Below are positions 29,826 to 39,458 of a stretch of DNA of 64,000 nt, piece by piece (position 1 is the first letter of the stretch; every line of letters starts with the position of its first letter). Source of the stretch: Anaerohalosphaeraceae bacterium (GTDB lineage: Bacteria; Planctomycetota; Phycisphaerae; Sedimentisphaerales; Anaerohalosphaeraceae); assembly GCA_963675525.2 (NCBI GenBank), contig CAXXSL010000013.1, forward strand, positions 192,001 through 256,000, read 5' to 3'. The notes beneath the pieces are model-generated. The model saw only the letters and a list, made by a program, of their open reading frames with translations, was not told where the DNA came from and did no database searches. Both the position numbers and the translations under genes were made by a program.

Positions 29826-31325
29826 TTAGTCTGCCTGAAAAATCGACTTCATGTAGCGCGTGTTCGCGCCGAAGTTCCACACGACGTCACGGGGATTGCT
29901 TTGGTCGCGGGACCGTTCGATGACAAGCCAACCACTGTAGCCCATGCTGTCGAGGGTTTCTTTGACTTTTTTCATGTCCAGCCGGGTGTTGTTTTCCAGC
30001 CACACGCCGTCTTCATCGGTACAGTGAATCTGGCAGATGCGGTCTTTGCCGAGGGTCTTCAGTTCGCCGATCAGGTCGCGGCCGTTCTGCAGGGGATTGG
30101 AGAAGTTGAAATATATTTTAATGGCGGGCGAGCCGATTTCTTCGAGCAGTTTAACCTCGCCGGCGGCATCCAGCGCTGTTTCAATGCCGATGACAACCCC
30201 GGCCGCTTCGGCGGCGGCGCCGGCGGCTTTGAGCCGCTGGACGACGGCCGGACGCAGTTCCGGATGCTGGACAAGGTCGTTGCTGACACCCAGCGGCAGA
30301 AAGGCCACCTTGACATTCATGGCTTTCATGGTGTCAATACAGTCCTGCACCATGCGCCCTGCGGTCGGGCGTTCGGCAAAGGACTGGGCGTAGAACCCGG
30401 ACATGGCAACCGAGCATATTTCGAGATTAAACTTTTTGGCTTCATCCAGAAATTTCTGACGTTCAGCGGGATCACCGAGTTTACTGTCAAAGGTTTCGCG
30501 CTGGCCCAGGCTTCCCATATCCAATTCCACACCGTCGGCGCCGATTTGACTCGTCCGTTCGAACGCCCCGAGTTTCTGACGCTTGAGGATCATCCAGTCG
30601 CAGACGGCGATTTTATAGCGTTGTCCGGCCTGAACATCACTCTTGTCTGTGTTTTTGGACGAGCCGCTTCTGATTCTGGCTTCGCGTTCTTTGGACGCCT
30701 TTTTCAGATCATACCCTTGCGCGGACAGATAATTGTTGATCCGGCCCTTGTATTTGCCGAACACGCCGTGTTTTGCCTTGGAGGAACCGGCATCCATGGC
30801 GATTTCGCGTGCCTCCACCAAATGCCCCATGATCGTTTTCTTCTGCTCGTCCGTTAAATCGCCGATCATATCCAGGTAGCCGTTATAGGTGACCTGAACC
30901 ACGCCGTAGGTCATGCCGTCCTTGACCTGATCGATCTGCTCAGCGGAAAGCAGCGCCGAGAGCTTGACAAGGTATTGAACATGCAGCTTATCCAACAGTG
31001 ACTGGGTATACTCCTGTAATATTTGTATCGCGGCATCAGCAACCTCTTTGTTATCGCTGAACTGAGTCTTGATGTCCTGAATCCGGTCATCGCGTGCATC
31101 GTGCAGCATGCTCAGGCTGCGGTACTGGCCTGCAATGATGTTGCGCACCTGCAGGGCTTTGTCGCCGTCGGCGATGTTGAGGGTGTCGACGATTTTCCCA
31201 GCCCGCCCGTTGATGACCTCGGTATAGGCCGGGTCCGGGTCCTGCACAACCGAGTCAGCCCAAACCGGCACCGATAAAAAAATAAACGCAAATAGCATGC
31301 TTAAAATATATTTTTGCTTTACCAT
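29826..31325 (-). CDS. Secreted DUF3826-like domain fused to a sugar-phosphate isomerase/epimerase (AP-endonuclease-2 TIM barrel)
   Basis: VKDGMTYGVV.VTY..Y, L.EARE.AMDAGSS..KH..FGKYKGRINNYLSAQGYDL, then YKIAVCDWMILKRQKLGAF, GIET, QIHCTDED, WLVIERSR. Confidence 0.8.
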   Translation of the reverse strand: MVKQKYILSMLFAFIFLSVPVWADSVVQDPDPAYTEVINGRAGKIVDTLNIADGDKALQVRNIIAGQYRSLSMLHDARDDRIQDIKTQFSDNKEVADAAIQILQEYTQSLLDKLHVQYLVKLSALLSAEQIDQVKDGMTYGVVQVTYNGYLDMIGDLTDEQKKTIMGHLVEAREIAMDAGSSKAKHGVFGKYKGRINNYLSAQGYDLKKASKEREARIRSGSSKNTDKSDVQAGQRYKIAVCDWMILKRQKLGAFERTSQIGADGVELDMGSLGQRETFDSKLGDPAERQKFLDEAKKFNLEICSVAMSGFYAQSFAERPTAGRMVQDCIDTMKAMNVKVAFLPLGVSNDLVQHPELRPAVVQRLKAAGAAAEAAGVVIGIETALDAAGEVKLLEEIGSPAIKIYFNFSNPLQNGRDLIGELKTLGKDRICQIHCTDEDGVWLENNTRLDMKKVKETLDSMGYSGWLVIERSRDQSNPRDVVWNFGANTRYMKSIFQAD

Positions 31326-31474
31326 GATAGTTCTCCAATAGTGTTTGTGACGATCAGACGATTCTTAGGACGGCGCCCGGTCCAGGCTGCTGTGCGGCCG
31401 AGAGTGATTATAATCCATCGCCTCCCGATCCGCAACATATCTTAATTCGTTAATAAGGCGAGAATGGGCTCCCC

Positions 31475-32836
31475 CTAATCTGAAAAATACTTCTCTGCAT
31501 ACGGTATAAACACAGGCCAATTCGGGCCGACGGTGTGGCCTCCGGCGTGTTGTCGAAAGGCGATTTCTCCCTCAACGAGTGCTGTCTCCTGTTGAGGGAA
31601 CTCTGCAGTACCTAAACCTTTTTTACCTAACAGTTCATAGACCGGACCGGCGTGAACCCCTGCTAAAAACATCCCCTTTGCATCGATCCATTGCCCTTCG
31701 ACCTCCGGCGAGCCGACACTGATAAACACCGGCCGCGGCGCACACAAAGCAATCAGTTCGTGCGCATCAACCGGCAGATCCAGCGGTGTCAAGGGGCCTG
31801 CATATTTGATAAAGTTAGGGGCAAACCAGTGATACTCCCCGCTGGAAGCCAGGTTTTCCACCTGTTCCCCGAAAACCCGGCGAAGTATTTTCGCACCGCC
31901 GGCCCCCGATGAACCGATGAATCCGATCGCAAAACGCCGGTCATAGGCGAATGTCACGAGCGCCGCTTTGCCGTAACGCGAGAGACCTTCAATGACCACA
32001 CGCCTCTCGTCGACATCGAGGTTGGTTTCAAAATAATCCATTGCTCGACTGGCGCCCCATGCCCAGGCACGCAACGCGCCCCAGTCGTCGAGTTTTCGCG
32101 GCGCCCCCTTATTCACCAGGCCGATGATTCCTTCCCGAAGTCCGGCTCCGTTATCAGCCTGGACACTGGTGGGATACAAAACAGCACACCCCCATCCCTT
32201 TCCCAAAACCTGCTGCTGCCAGGTCGGCCCGTCCTGTTGAGGCGGTGTCCATCCGCCGAAATCCCAGCCGAGTTCGAGGATAACCGGCACAGGTCCGGCG
32301 GCATTTTTAGGGATCGTCAGGATCATCTGAATATCAACGGCAATCGCCGGACACGTCGAATTATCCACATGCCCGACAAGCTTTTTGGTGATGACGCCAA
32401 TGCCGCCGTCAACGGTGTCTTCTTCGCTGACGGTTTCCCATGTTACGGCCGGTGTTTGTGCGGGAACGCGTCCGTAAATTTCGCGGTCAAAATCCTCGAA
32501 GATCTCTAATTTGCGTTTTTCCCATTGCTCCGCTGTCGCCACGGTTGTGCCGTTTTTAAAAACAAGTGGATTCGGTAATGATGTATACGGTGTGGCTTTA
32601 GACTCATCCGTATTGGCCGCATTCGCTGCCTTGGGATTGGCCGATGGCCCCGGTCGCAGTTCCGTGATGCCCAGCCGCTCCATCATTAACTGATGGTCTT
32701 CCCGACTCAGCCGGCCGATGCGTTCTCGCTGCTCCTGTCGCGATTCTCCAAAAACCGGCACACCCAATAAAGTGCTCATAATAACCAAAAGGATAGTTTT
32801 CTTTATCATCGTCATTCCTTTACACAGTGTAACCAT
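31475..32836 (-). CDS. Secreted CE15-like glucuronoyl/acetylxylan esterase
   Basis: WGALRAWAWGASRAMDY, nucleophile G-L-S-R-Y-GKA, SSGAGG, LPVDAHELIALCAPRP. Confidence 0.85.
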   Translation of the reverse strand: MVTLCKGMTMIKKTILLVIMSTLLGVPVFGESRQEQRERIGRLSREDHQLMMERLGITELRPGPSANPKAANAANTDESKATPYTSLPNPLVFKNGTTVATAEQWEKRKLEIFEDFDREIYGRVPAQTPAVTWETVSEEDTVDGGIGVITKKLVGHVDNSTCPAIAVDIQMILTIPKNAAGPVPVILELGWDFGGWTPPQQDGPTWQQQVLGKGWGCAVLYPTSVQADNGAGLREGIIGLVNKGAPRKLDDWGALRAWAWGASRAMDYFETNLDVDERRVVIEGLSRYGKAALVTFAYDRRFAIGFIGSSGAGGAKILRRVFGEQVENLASSGEYHWFAPNFIKYAGPLTPLDLPVDAHELIALCAPRPVFISVGSPEVEGQWIDAKGMFLAGVHAGPVYELLGKKGLGTAEFPQQETALVEGEIAFRQHAGGHTVGPNWPVFIPYAEKYFSD

Positions 32837-33157
32837 GACAGACCAACACCAATTCTACCAAAGACCCCCCGCAGGATAAAGAAAAATCATCCACATACCA
32901 GCCTGCTCTACTCCGGCGAACAAGGATTCTTATTGGACAAACAACTCGGTTCTCAGTATAATAGGGAAGTATATGAGACGAATTAAAGAGGGCAGAGACC
33001 TTTTTTGTCGCCCGAGGACGATGATTCAAAAGGAGAATTTTTCAATACACATACAATTAATGATTTTTGCAATTCCGATATACATAAAAATATATTTTTT
33101 AGAAGTAAGATTGCATGACGGAAAAGATTATCCATTTATTTTGCTGGAGGACATGAA

Positions 33158-33904
33158 ATGAAAACAAACCGAATATTATTAATAGTTTCTGTTGTGATAA
33201 TTAGTATTGTTAGTCTCTTTCTGTTTAAAGGATGTAAAGAGAATGATACGATTGTGAAGGAAAAAGACACAGTGCTGTTTTCGATAGGAAATAAATTGTA
33301 TTTCGAAATACCTGTTAACAAGGTTCATGAATACACCCTTGCCGAGAACGAAACTCTTTTTAATCCATCCGAAAATGCCCATGAGAACAAAAAGAGTGTC
33401 ATAGATATCTTCGGTCTTACACCGACGGTCGTTTATTATCTTAACGAAAAGGTGCTCCAAAGAAAGACTCTTTCTTACGATCAACAATTAAGTGTTAGTG
33501 TTTTGAGAGGGCCTTTTTATCTTCATTTGGACACATCGAGTAGCTCACTCGATTTAAGGGTTGATGGGTTTATTTGTCGTCAAATTGATTTCAAAATTGT
33601 CTCAGGCTACCCGTTAGAGCCGTTTCTCAACGATAGTATGAAAGTTTTATTGCGTGACAATCAGTTTAATTCTACCGTTATTAATAATGTCGATGATTCC
33701 TGTTTGTTTCCTCTAATATTTGATCGGAAAGTGCTTGATAACTCGGGGAAGTATGATATTTCAATTATTCCGGAAACAGTGATAGATGAATCATTGTATA
33801 TGTCTGCAAAAAACGCGAAGTGCATATTAAGAGTTAGCAATTCCGATTTTGGGTTACTGGTAAGTGTCTTAAAAGCTTATACTTCTTATATGGAGGTGAA
33901 ATAG
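33158..33904 (+). CDS. Low-GC hypothetical membrane-anchored protein/lipoprotein
   Basis: 248-aa ORF, SD GGAGG, hydrophobic N-terminus ending FKGC; markedly AT-rich. Confidence 0.7.
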   Translation: MKTNRILLIVSVVIISIVSLFLFKGCKENDTIVKEKDTVLFSIGNKLYFEIPVNKVHEYTLAENETLFNPSENAHENKKSVIDIFGLTPTVVYYLNEKVLQRKTLSYDQQLSVSVLRGPFYLHLDTSSSSLDLRVDGFICRQIDFKIVSGYPLEPFLNDSMKVLLRDNQFNSTVINNVDDSCLFPLIFDRKVLDNSGKYDISIIPETVIDESLYMSAKNAKCILRVSNSDFGLLVSVLKAYTSYMEVK

Positions 33905-34060
33905 GGAAAACGAAGAAACTATGGGGAGAAATAAAGGGTTAATTAAAGAAACTATGAAAGCCAGATACTCGGGGACGAATTTGTTATAATCGTCCCCAAG
34001 ACGTGCTCGTCACAGGGACGGCACAAAAATTTATTCTCGTAAATTTTAGGAGTATCTGGC

Positions 34061-34912
34061 ATGGAGACTATTTTAGCGATTGATCTGGGCAAAAACAAGA
34101 GCGTCTTTTGTGAAATGAGTCGCCGTTCTTTAAAAACTCAATATCGCACCGTTCGCACACGTTCCGAAGTATTCCACGACATTTTCACCGAACTGGACGC
34201 GGCCCATTCGATAGTACTGTTCGAGGTCGGCAGTCAGGCCGGCTGGGTTTCGGACATGTTGCGGACCATGGGCCTCGACTTTAAAGTCGCCAACACCAAT
34301 GACCCGGCGTGGAAGTGGGCCAACAATCCTACCAAGAGCGACAAAACGGATGCCCATCGGCTGGCGATGATGTACCACCACGGTTTTTTTCCGGAGGTTT
34401 ATATTCCCCGCAAGGAGATCCGTCAAAAACGTTCGTTGATCTATTATCGCCAAAAGCTTGTCAACCGCATGACACAGGTTAAAAACAGCATCCGGGCCCT
34501 GATGTGTACAATGGCCATTGATCTACCGATGGGTCGTAACTGCTGGACGAAAAAACAACTCAAGGTGTTATCAGAACATACTGTTCCACTTGAGGCTGTT
34601 GATGACACCTGCAACTTATGGCGGGGACAGCTTTATTGCGAATTGCAGCAATATGCGGCCTTGCAAGAGCAGTTAACGAATGTGACCGCTAAACTGGATG
34701 CACTGAACAAGCAAAAATCGGCAGTAACCTTACTGCAAACCGTTCCCGGCGAGAAACTAAAGGTTCCCCGAGAAACTAAAGGTTCCCGGAACCTTTTTTG
34801 GGTCTTCATCAATTCAAAACTCAAAATTATCGGTTATTTGTTTGACATTCACCTAACTTCTGCTAAAATACACCGTGTCGCGTCGGAGACTCGGCGAAGA
34901 CGGAAAAATTAA
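34061..34912 (+). pseudogene. IS110-family transposase, C-terminally truncated
   Basis: RuvC-like DEDD domain (ILAIDLGK, LFE, KSDKTDA..LA) and coiled coil. Homology ends at LLQTVPG (~34750), where a 19-bp tandem duplication begins. Confidence 0.85.
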
Positions 34913-35161
34913 ATAACATCCTCAGAATGAGCTGAAAAAGAAGGAAATTCCACCCAAATCGTCAATTACAGAAGGAGAGCAAAAAATGTCATACCTGCAT
35001 ACGTACATCCGTATATTCTTGTATGCTTTATATCTAAGATATTTATCTCCGTGTCATTCAGTGCAATATTGTCATCCCGGACACCGATCCGGGACCGTGG
35101 TTATAAAATATTTATCTCTTAAATCTCTGTGGTCTCTGTGGCAAAGTATATTTTTACAAAA

Positions 35162-35525
35162 CGAACCCAATTTCCTCCGCAGCAAAATGACTGTAAGTCA
35201 TTATCTTATCCTGACTTCTATCTTCTATCTCCTGACTTCTGCCTGTAAATCGAACCCAATACGAACCCAAACCAAACCCAATTTCGGCCCCAAGTACCCC
35301 CTACTCGCGCAAGCCGTTTCCAGCCCGGAATCGCCGATTTAGTGTTGGAAAAATAAAAAATCGCTTTTTTTGACCCCGTCAACCCCCAAAAAAACAAACC
35401 CAATTTAAGCCCCAAGTACCACCACGACAGGATTGCAATATACTGCACTCAAACCCCCCAACGGACGCAACACCCCTCTTTTTAATAGCGCCACGCGAAC
35501 CCAACCAAACCCAACACGAACCCAA
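35162..35525 (+). repeat. Array of eight CRAACCCAA motifs
   Basis: Copies at 35162, 35251, 35262, 35273, 35395, 35496, 35506 and 35517. Confidence 0.85.
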
Positions 35526-35559
35526 TAATCCCCCCTCTATACCTCCGGCGGCAAAAAGA

Positions 35560-37359
35560 TCAATCGTCCGACGTATCAAGGATCGACATGAACGCTTCCT
35601 GCGGAATGTTGACCATGCCGATGGACTTCATGCGTTTTTTACCTTCCTTCTGCTTCTTGAGCAGTTTCATTTTCCGCGTAACATCGCCGCCATAAAGTTT
35701 GGCGGTCACATCCTTGCGGTAGGCCCGGATGGTTTCGCGGGCAATGATCTTGCCGCCGATGCAGACCTGCAAGGGGATTTCGAACTGGTGCTTCGGAATC
35801 GCCCGGCGCAGTTTGATCAGCAGCCGGCGGCCGCGTGCTTCGGCCTTGGTGCGGTGAACGATCAGGCCAAGCGCATCGACCGGCGTGCCGTTAATGAGAA
35901 AATCGATTCGGACGAGATTGCCCTTCTCAAACGCCATGAACTCATAGTCCATCGTCGCATAGCCCCGGCTGATGCCCTTGAGCTGGTCATAGAAATCATA
36001 CACGATCTCCGCCAGCGGCGCCTTGTATTCCATCATCACACGCGTGGGCGACAGGTATTCGGTCTTGATGAGGCTGCTCCGGCGGTCGTCGGCCAGTTTC
36101 ATAATGCCGCCGATGGATTCTGCGGTGGTGATGATTTCCAGCTTGACCATCGGCTCACGAATCTCAGCGATCTTCTGCACCTCCGGCAGTTCACTGGGCG
36201 AATCGATGCGCTTGACATCACCGGTAGTCGTGAGAATCTCGTAGCTAACCGTTGGCGCCGTCTGGAGCACATCGACATCGTTTTCGCGTTCCAGCCGTTC
36301 CTGCACGATCTCCATGTGCAGCAGACCCAGGAACCCGCAGCGAAACCCAAAGCCCAACGCCGGTGAACTCTGCGGGGTAAAACTGAAGCTGGAGTCGTTC
36401 AGCGCCAGTTTGTCAAACGCCGCTCGCAGTTTGGGATAATCGGTTGTGCCGCCGGGATAAAAATCGGAAAACACCATCTGCATCGGCGGCTGATAGCCCG
36501 GCAGCGGTTTGTCAGTCGGTTCGGCAAAGTCGGTGATCGTATCGCCAATCGTCACATCGGCCAGCTTCTTGATGTTGGCAACAACATAGCCCACTTCGCC
36601 GGTGCCGATTTCGTCGACTGCCGTTGCATACGGCGTAAATTTGCCCAGTTCCGAAATCGTATAGGTACGGCCCGAACTCATGAAGCTAATCTTCTGGCGT
36701 TTGGTCAGCTTACCCTCAAACACACGAACATGGGCGATCACACCGCGGTATTCGTCGGAATGGCTGTCGTAAATCAGGGCAGCAGTCGGCTTGTCGGATT
36801 TGTCTTCCGGGGCGGGCAGTTTTGTGACAATCGCTTCCAGCAGCGCATCGACGCCTTCACCGGTTTTGGCGCTGAGCGGAAAACATTCTTCTTCCGTAAT
36901 ACCGATGACATGCTCAACTTCCTCAATGACACGGTCCGGCTGGGCCGCAGGCAGATCGATCTTGTTGATAACCCCGAGTATCTCGCACCCCGCTTCGACC
37001 GCCAGGTACGTATTGGCAACCGTCTGGGCCTCAACGCCCTGGCTGGCATCGACCACCAGCAGCGCCCCTTCACAGGCCGCCAATGAGCGGGACACTTCGT
37101 AGTGGAAATCCACATGCCCCGGCGTGTCGATCAGGTTCAGCATATACGTTTTTCCCTTGTACGTATAATTCATGGTGACCGACGAGGCTTTGATGGTGAT
37201 GCCGCGTTCCCGCTCCAGATCCATGTCGTCGAGGAGCTGTTCCTTCATGTCGCGCTCGGTGATCGCACCTGTACGCTCCATAATGCGGTCGGCCAGCGTG
37301 CTCTTGCCATGGTCGATATGGGCAACGATCGAGAAATTACGTATATGTTCAAGACTCAT
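35560..37359 (-). CDS. lepA: Elongation factor 4
   Basis: IRNFSIVAHIDHGKSTLADR, LERERGITIK, LIDTPGHVDF, GFRCGFLGLLHMEI, KLLKKQKEGKKRMK. Confidence 0.99.
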   Translation of the reverse strand: MSLEHIRNFSIVAHIDHGKSTLADRIMERTGAITERDMKEQLLDDMDLERERGITIKASSVTMNYTYKGKTYMLNLIDTPGHVDFHYEVSRSLAACEGALLVVDASQGVEAQTVANTYLAVEAGCEILGVINKIDLPAAQPDRVIEEVEHVIGITEEECFPLSAKTGEGVDALLEAIVTKLPAPEDKSDKPTAALIYDSHSDEYRGVIAHVRVFEGKLTKRQKISFMSSGRTYTISELGKFTPYATAVDEIGTGEVGYVVANIKKLADVTIGDTITDFAEPTDKPLPGYQPPMQMVFSDFYPGGTTDYPKLRAAFDKLALNDSSFSFTPQSSPALGFGFRCGFLGLLHMEIVQERLERENDVDVLQTAPTVSYEILTTTGDVKRIDSPSELPEVQKIAEIREPMVKLEIITTAESIGGIMKLADDRRSSLIKTEYLSPTRVMMEYKAPLAEIVYDFYDQLKGISRGYATMDYEFMAFEKGNLVRIDFLINGTPVDALGLIVHRTKAEARGRRLLIKLRRAIPKHQFEIPLQVCIGGKIIARETIRAYRKDVTAKLYGGDVTRKMKLLKKQKEGKKRMKSIGMVNIPQEAFMSILDTSDD

Positions 37360-37540
37360 AAAGTTCCTTATTCTTTCAGTGTCAGCAAAACGGGTGATTA
37401 TACTAAATCGAAAAGCGAAAAACAAGGGCTGCGATGAGACGGATGAGGGCATTTTAACAACTTTGGCCCTTTTTCGGCAAATAAATGACAAGAAAATCGT
37501 TGTTTGTCTGGGTCTAAGCTGTTAAAATGCCACGACCTAA

Positions 37541-37615
37541 CGGGGTGTAGCTCAGTTTGGCTAGAGTGCATGACTGGGGGTCATGAGGTCGCAGGTTCAA
37601 GTCCTGTCACCCCGA
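37541..37615 (+). tRNA. tRNA-Pro (GGG)
   Basis: CGGGGTG/CACCCCG acceptor stem, CATGA-CTGGGGG-TCATG anticodon arm and GGTTCAAGTCC T-arm; CCA not encoded. Confidence 0.97.
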
Positions 37616-37621
37616 CTGGAT

Positions 37622-37664
37622 GCGGCATCGGAATGTTACAGGACATCTGATGCCGCTTTTTTTT
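37622..37664 (+). terminator. Terminator after tRNA-Pro
   Basis: GCGGCATC.GA...TCTGATGCCGC followed by a T-tract. Confidence 0.75.
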
Positions 37665-37915
37665 CATTCATACCACCATTTTTTCAGTGCCGCCCGATAA
37701 TTGCCAAAATCATTACCCAAAACCCATGTCAACCGGCAGGTCCGGGATTATCGCGGGCCTGTCTTTTTTTATGGAAAGAGTGACTCTTTCTCGTTTAAGG
37801 CTTTAAAAAATATAAAAAAGAGGCGTAAAATAATTTTTGAGATTTTTAAAATGGAGATAGTTTTCATGTTCCGTTTTCATATAATAAGTGATTATTAAAT
37901 AGAAAGGAGACAAAC

Positions 37916-39352
37916 ATGAAATCACAAAATCAAATCTTAACTAACACCATTTTGTATGTATCGATCTTCTTATTGACAGTATTATCGAGTCAGATAAAAG
38001 CTGAAGAAAAACAGTGGGTGGTTTTTCGTGACAATATCCCGCAAGAAATTGAACGATTTCATATCAAAATGGAGTTCACTCAATCAAGTGCCCGATTCTA
38101 CGATTCTTCTCAGCAGGGGATAAAGTCTGAAGAAATTGAAGGCAGCAAGAAGAAAGATGCATATAAACATCAGCTTGATTTCGGAGCAGAGGTTGATGGA
38201 AATCAATATGTGGTCATGGTCAAAGATTCCAGTGATGTGGGCATTATCAGCCAAAATTCTGAACGTCTAGTGATGGCAAAAGTTCTTCGCATCAAAGATA
38301 AAAAGAAACCCGAAACAGTGAAGGAAGGAATTATCTCTCTCCACAGAGATCTGGAACTCCCGCTTGAAGTATCACCGGAACAACTCAGTGTTCCATTTAA
38401 CGAACCGATCAAAGGAACTTTGGAAATAAACCTCTATAGCAATAATCCCCCCGTTTATGAGGGTCGTTGCCGTACTGTTTTGTATGGAACTCTTTCGGGG
38501 TCAACCTCAACTGAAGCTGCATTGCTCGATACTTCCATAGCATGTAGAAGTTCCTTAGAACTGAAGGATCGATATCTAAGTTTGTCATTGACACCATTTG
38601 ATGAACAGATGGCTCCCGCCGCCTATAATGGGAGGATATCTGATACACTGATGCTTGGTTCTGCAAAGCTTGTTGTAGAGAAAATGGCTTCGGACAGCTC
38701 TGAGCTGGTTATCGCCCTTTTGGATGGAGACCTGGTTCAAGCCAGAAAACAAGATGACACGTTGGTAACCATTGGCAAACCTTTCCCTGATTTTGCCCGT
38801 GTTGAATTAGTCAAACGTCAGCTTGTAACTTTAGATGACCTCATAAAAGAGGCGAGTGTTGATGGTTATGTTGTTTTAATATTTGGCGACTTTAAGCAGG
38901 CGATGCCGCCACAGTATTTTGGTGGACGACCCCCAATGAGAGGGCTTTCATTGGATGAAATGATGATTTCAGAGATTCTCAAAAAAGACACTGAAAAGCC
39001 TGTGGTGATTACTTTTATCTGTCAGCAATTATCACTCGCTGACTTATATGAGAAGTGGTTAGGGCATGACCCTGAATTTCATATCCTTTCGGATTTCAGC
39101 AATCCGTTAAAAATACAGTTTTTAGGTATTAGTATGGAACCTCACATGATGCCCCCCCAGGACAGAGAAGAAACCCTGCGAGGAAACCTAAAACTTGATA
39201 TCCAAAAAGTCGTCACCGGCCTGGTTGATGGAAACGGAGACCTGATTTACCTAAATACAGATGCAGGTAATGAGTTAGCAGGATCTCTTGTCCAAATAAA
39301 TAAATTAATAAGAGAGGGCAAAAAGGCGCAACTAGATCAAGACCAATACTGA
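37916..39352 (+). CDS. Secreted hypothetical protein, possibly with a redox-inactive thioredoxin-like C-terminal domain
   Basis: Signal peptide, SD AAGGAG and IGKPFPDF...L.DL motif typical of AhpC/TSA starts, but no CxxC; lower GC. Confidence 0.65.
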   Translation: MKSQNQILTNTILYVSIFLLTVLSSQIKAEEKQWVVFRDNIPQEIERFHIKMEFTQSSARFYDSSQQGIKSEEIEGSKKKDAYKHQLDFGAEVDGNQYVVMVKDSSDVGIISQNSERLVMAKVLRIKDKKKPETVKEGIISLHRDLELPLEVSPEQLSVPFNEPIKGTLEINLYSNNPPVYEGRCRTVLYGTLSGSTSTEAALLDTSIACRSSLELKDRYLSLSLTPFDEQMAPAAYNGRISDTLMLGSAKLVVEKMASDSSELVIALLDGDLVQARKQDDTLVTIGKPFPDFARVELVKRQLVTLDDLIKEASVDGYVVLIFGDFKQAMPPQYFGGRPPMRGLSLDEMMISEILKKDTEKPVVITFICQQLSLADLYEKWLGHDPEFHILSDFSNPLKIQFLGISMEPHMMPPQDREETLRGNLKLDIQKVVTGLVDGNGDLIYLNTDAGNELAGSLVQINKLIREGKKAQLDQDQY

Positions 39353-39458
39353 GTGAATCAAAGATTCCGAGAGTCATTTACAATCCCGGGATTGATAAAC
39401 CGATGTTGGTTTAGATTCAGACTTGTCTACGGCTTGCTGAAATGTATTGGATTGATTA

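Noticed and set aside
34986..35342. 118-aa ORF containing QNEPNF/QTKPNF
   Set aside because: It is a translation of several repeat types strung together and is better explained as non-coding repeats, although an SD-like AAGGAG precedes it.
37590..37615. tRNA 3'-end duplication (attR) marking an integrated element
   Set aside because: No second copy was found by eye and there is no intact integrase in the window.
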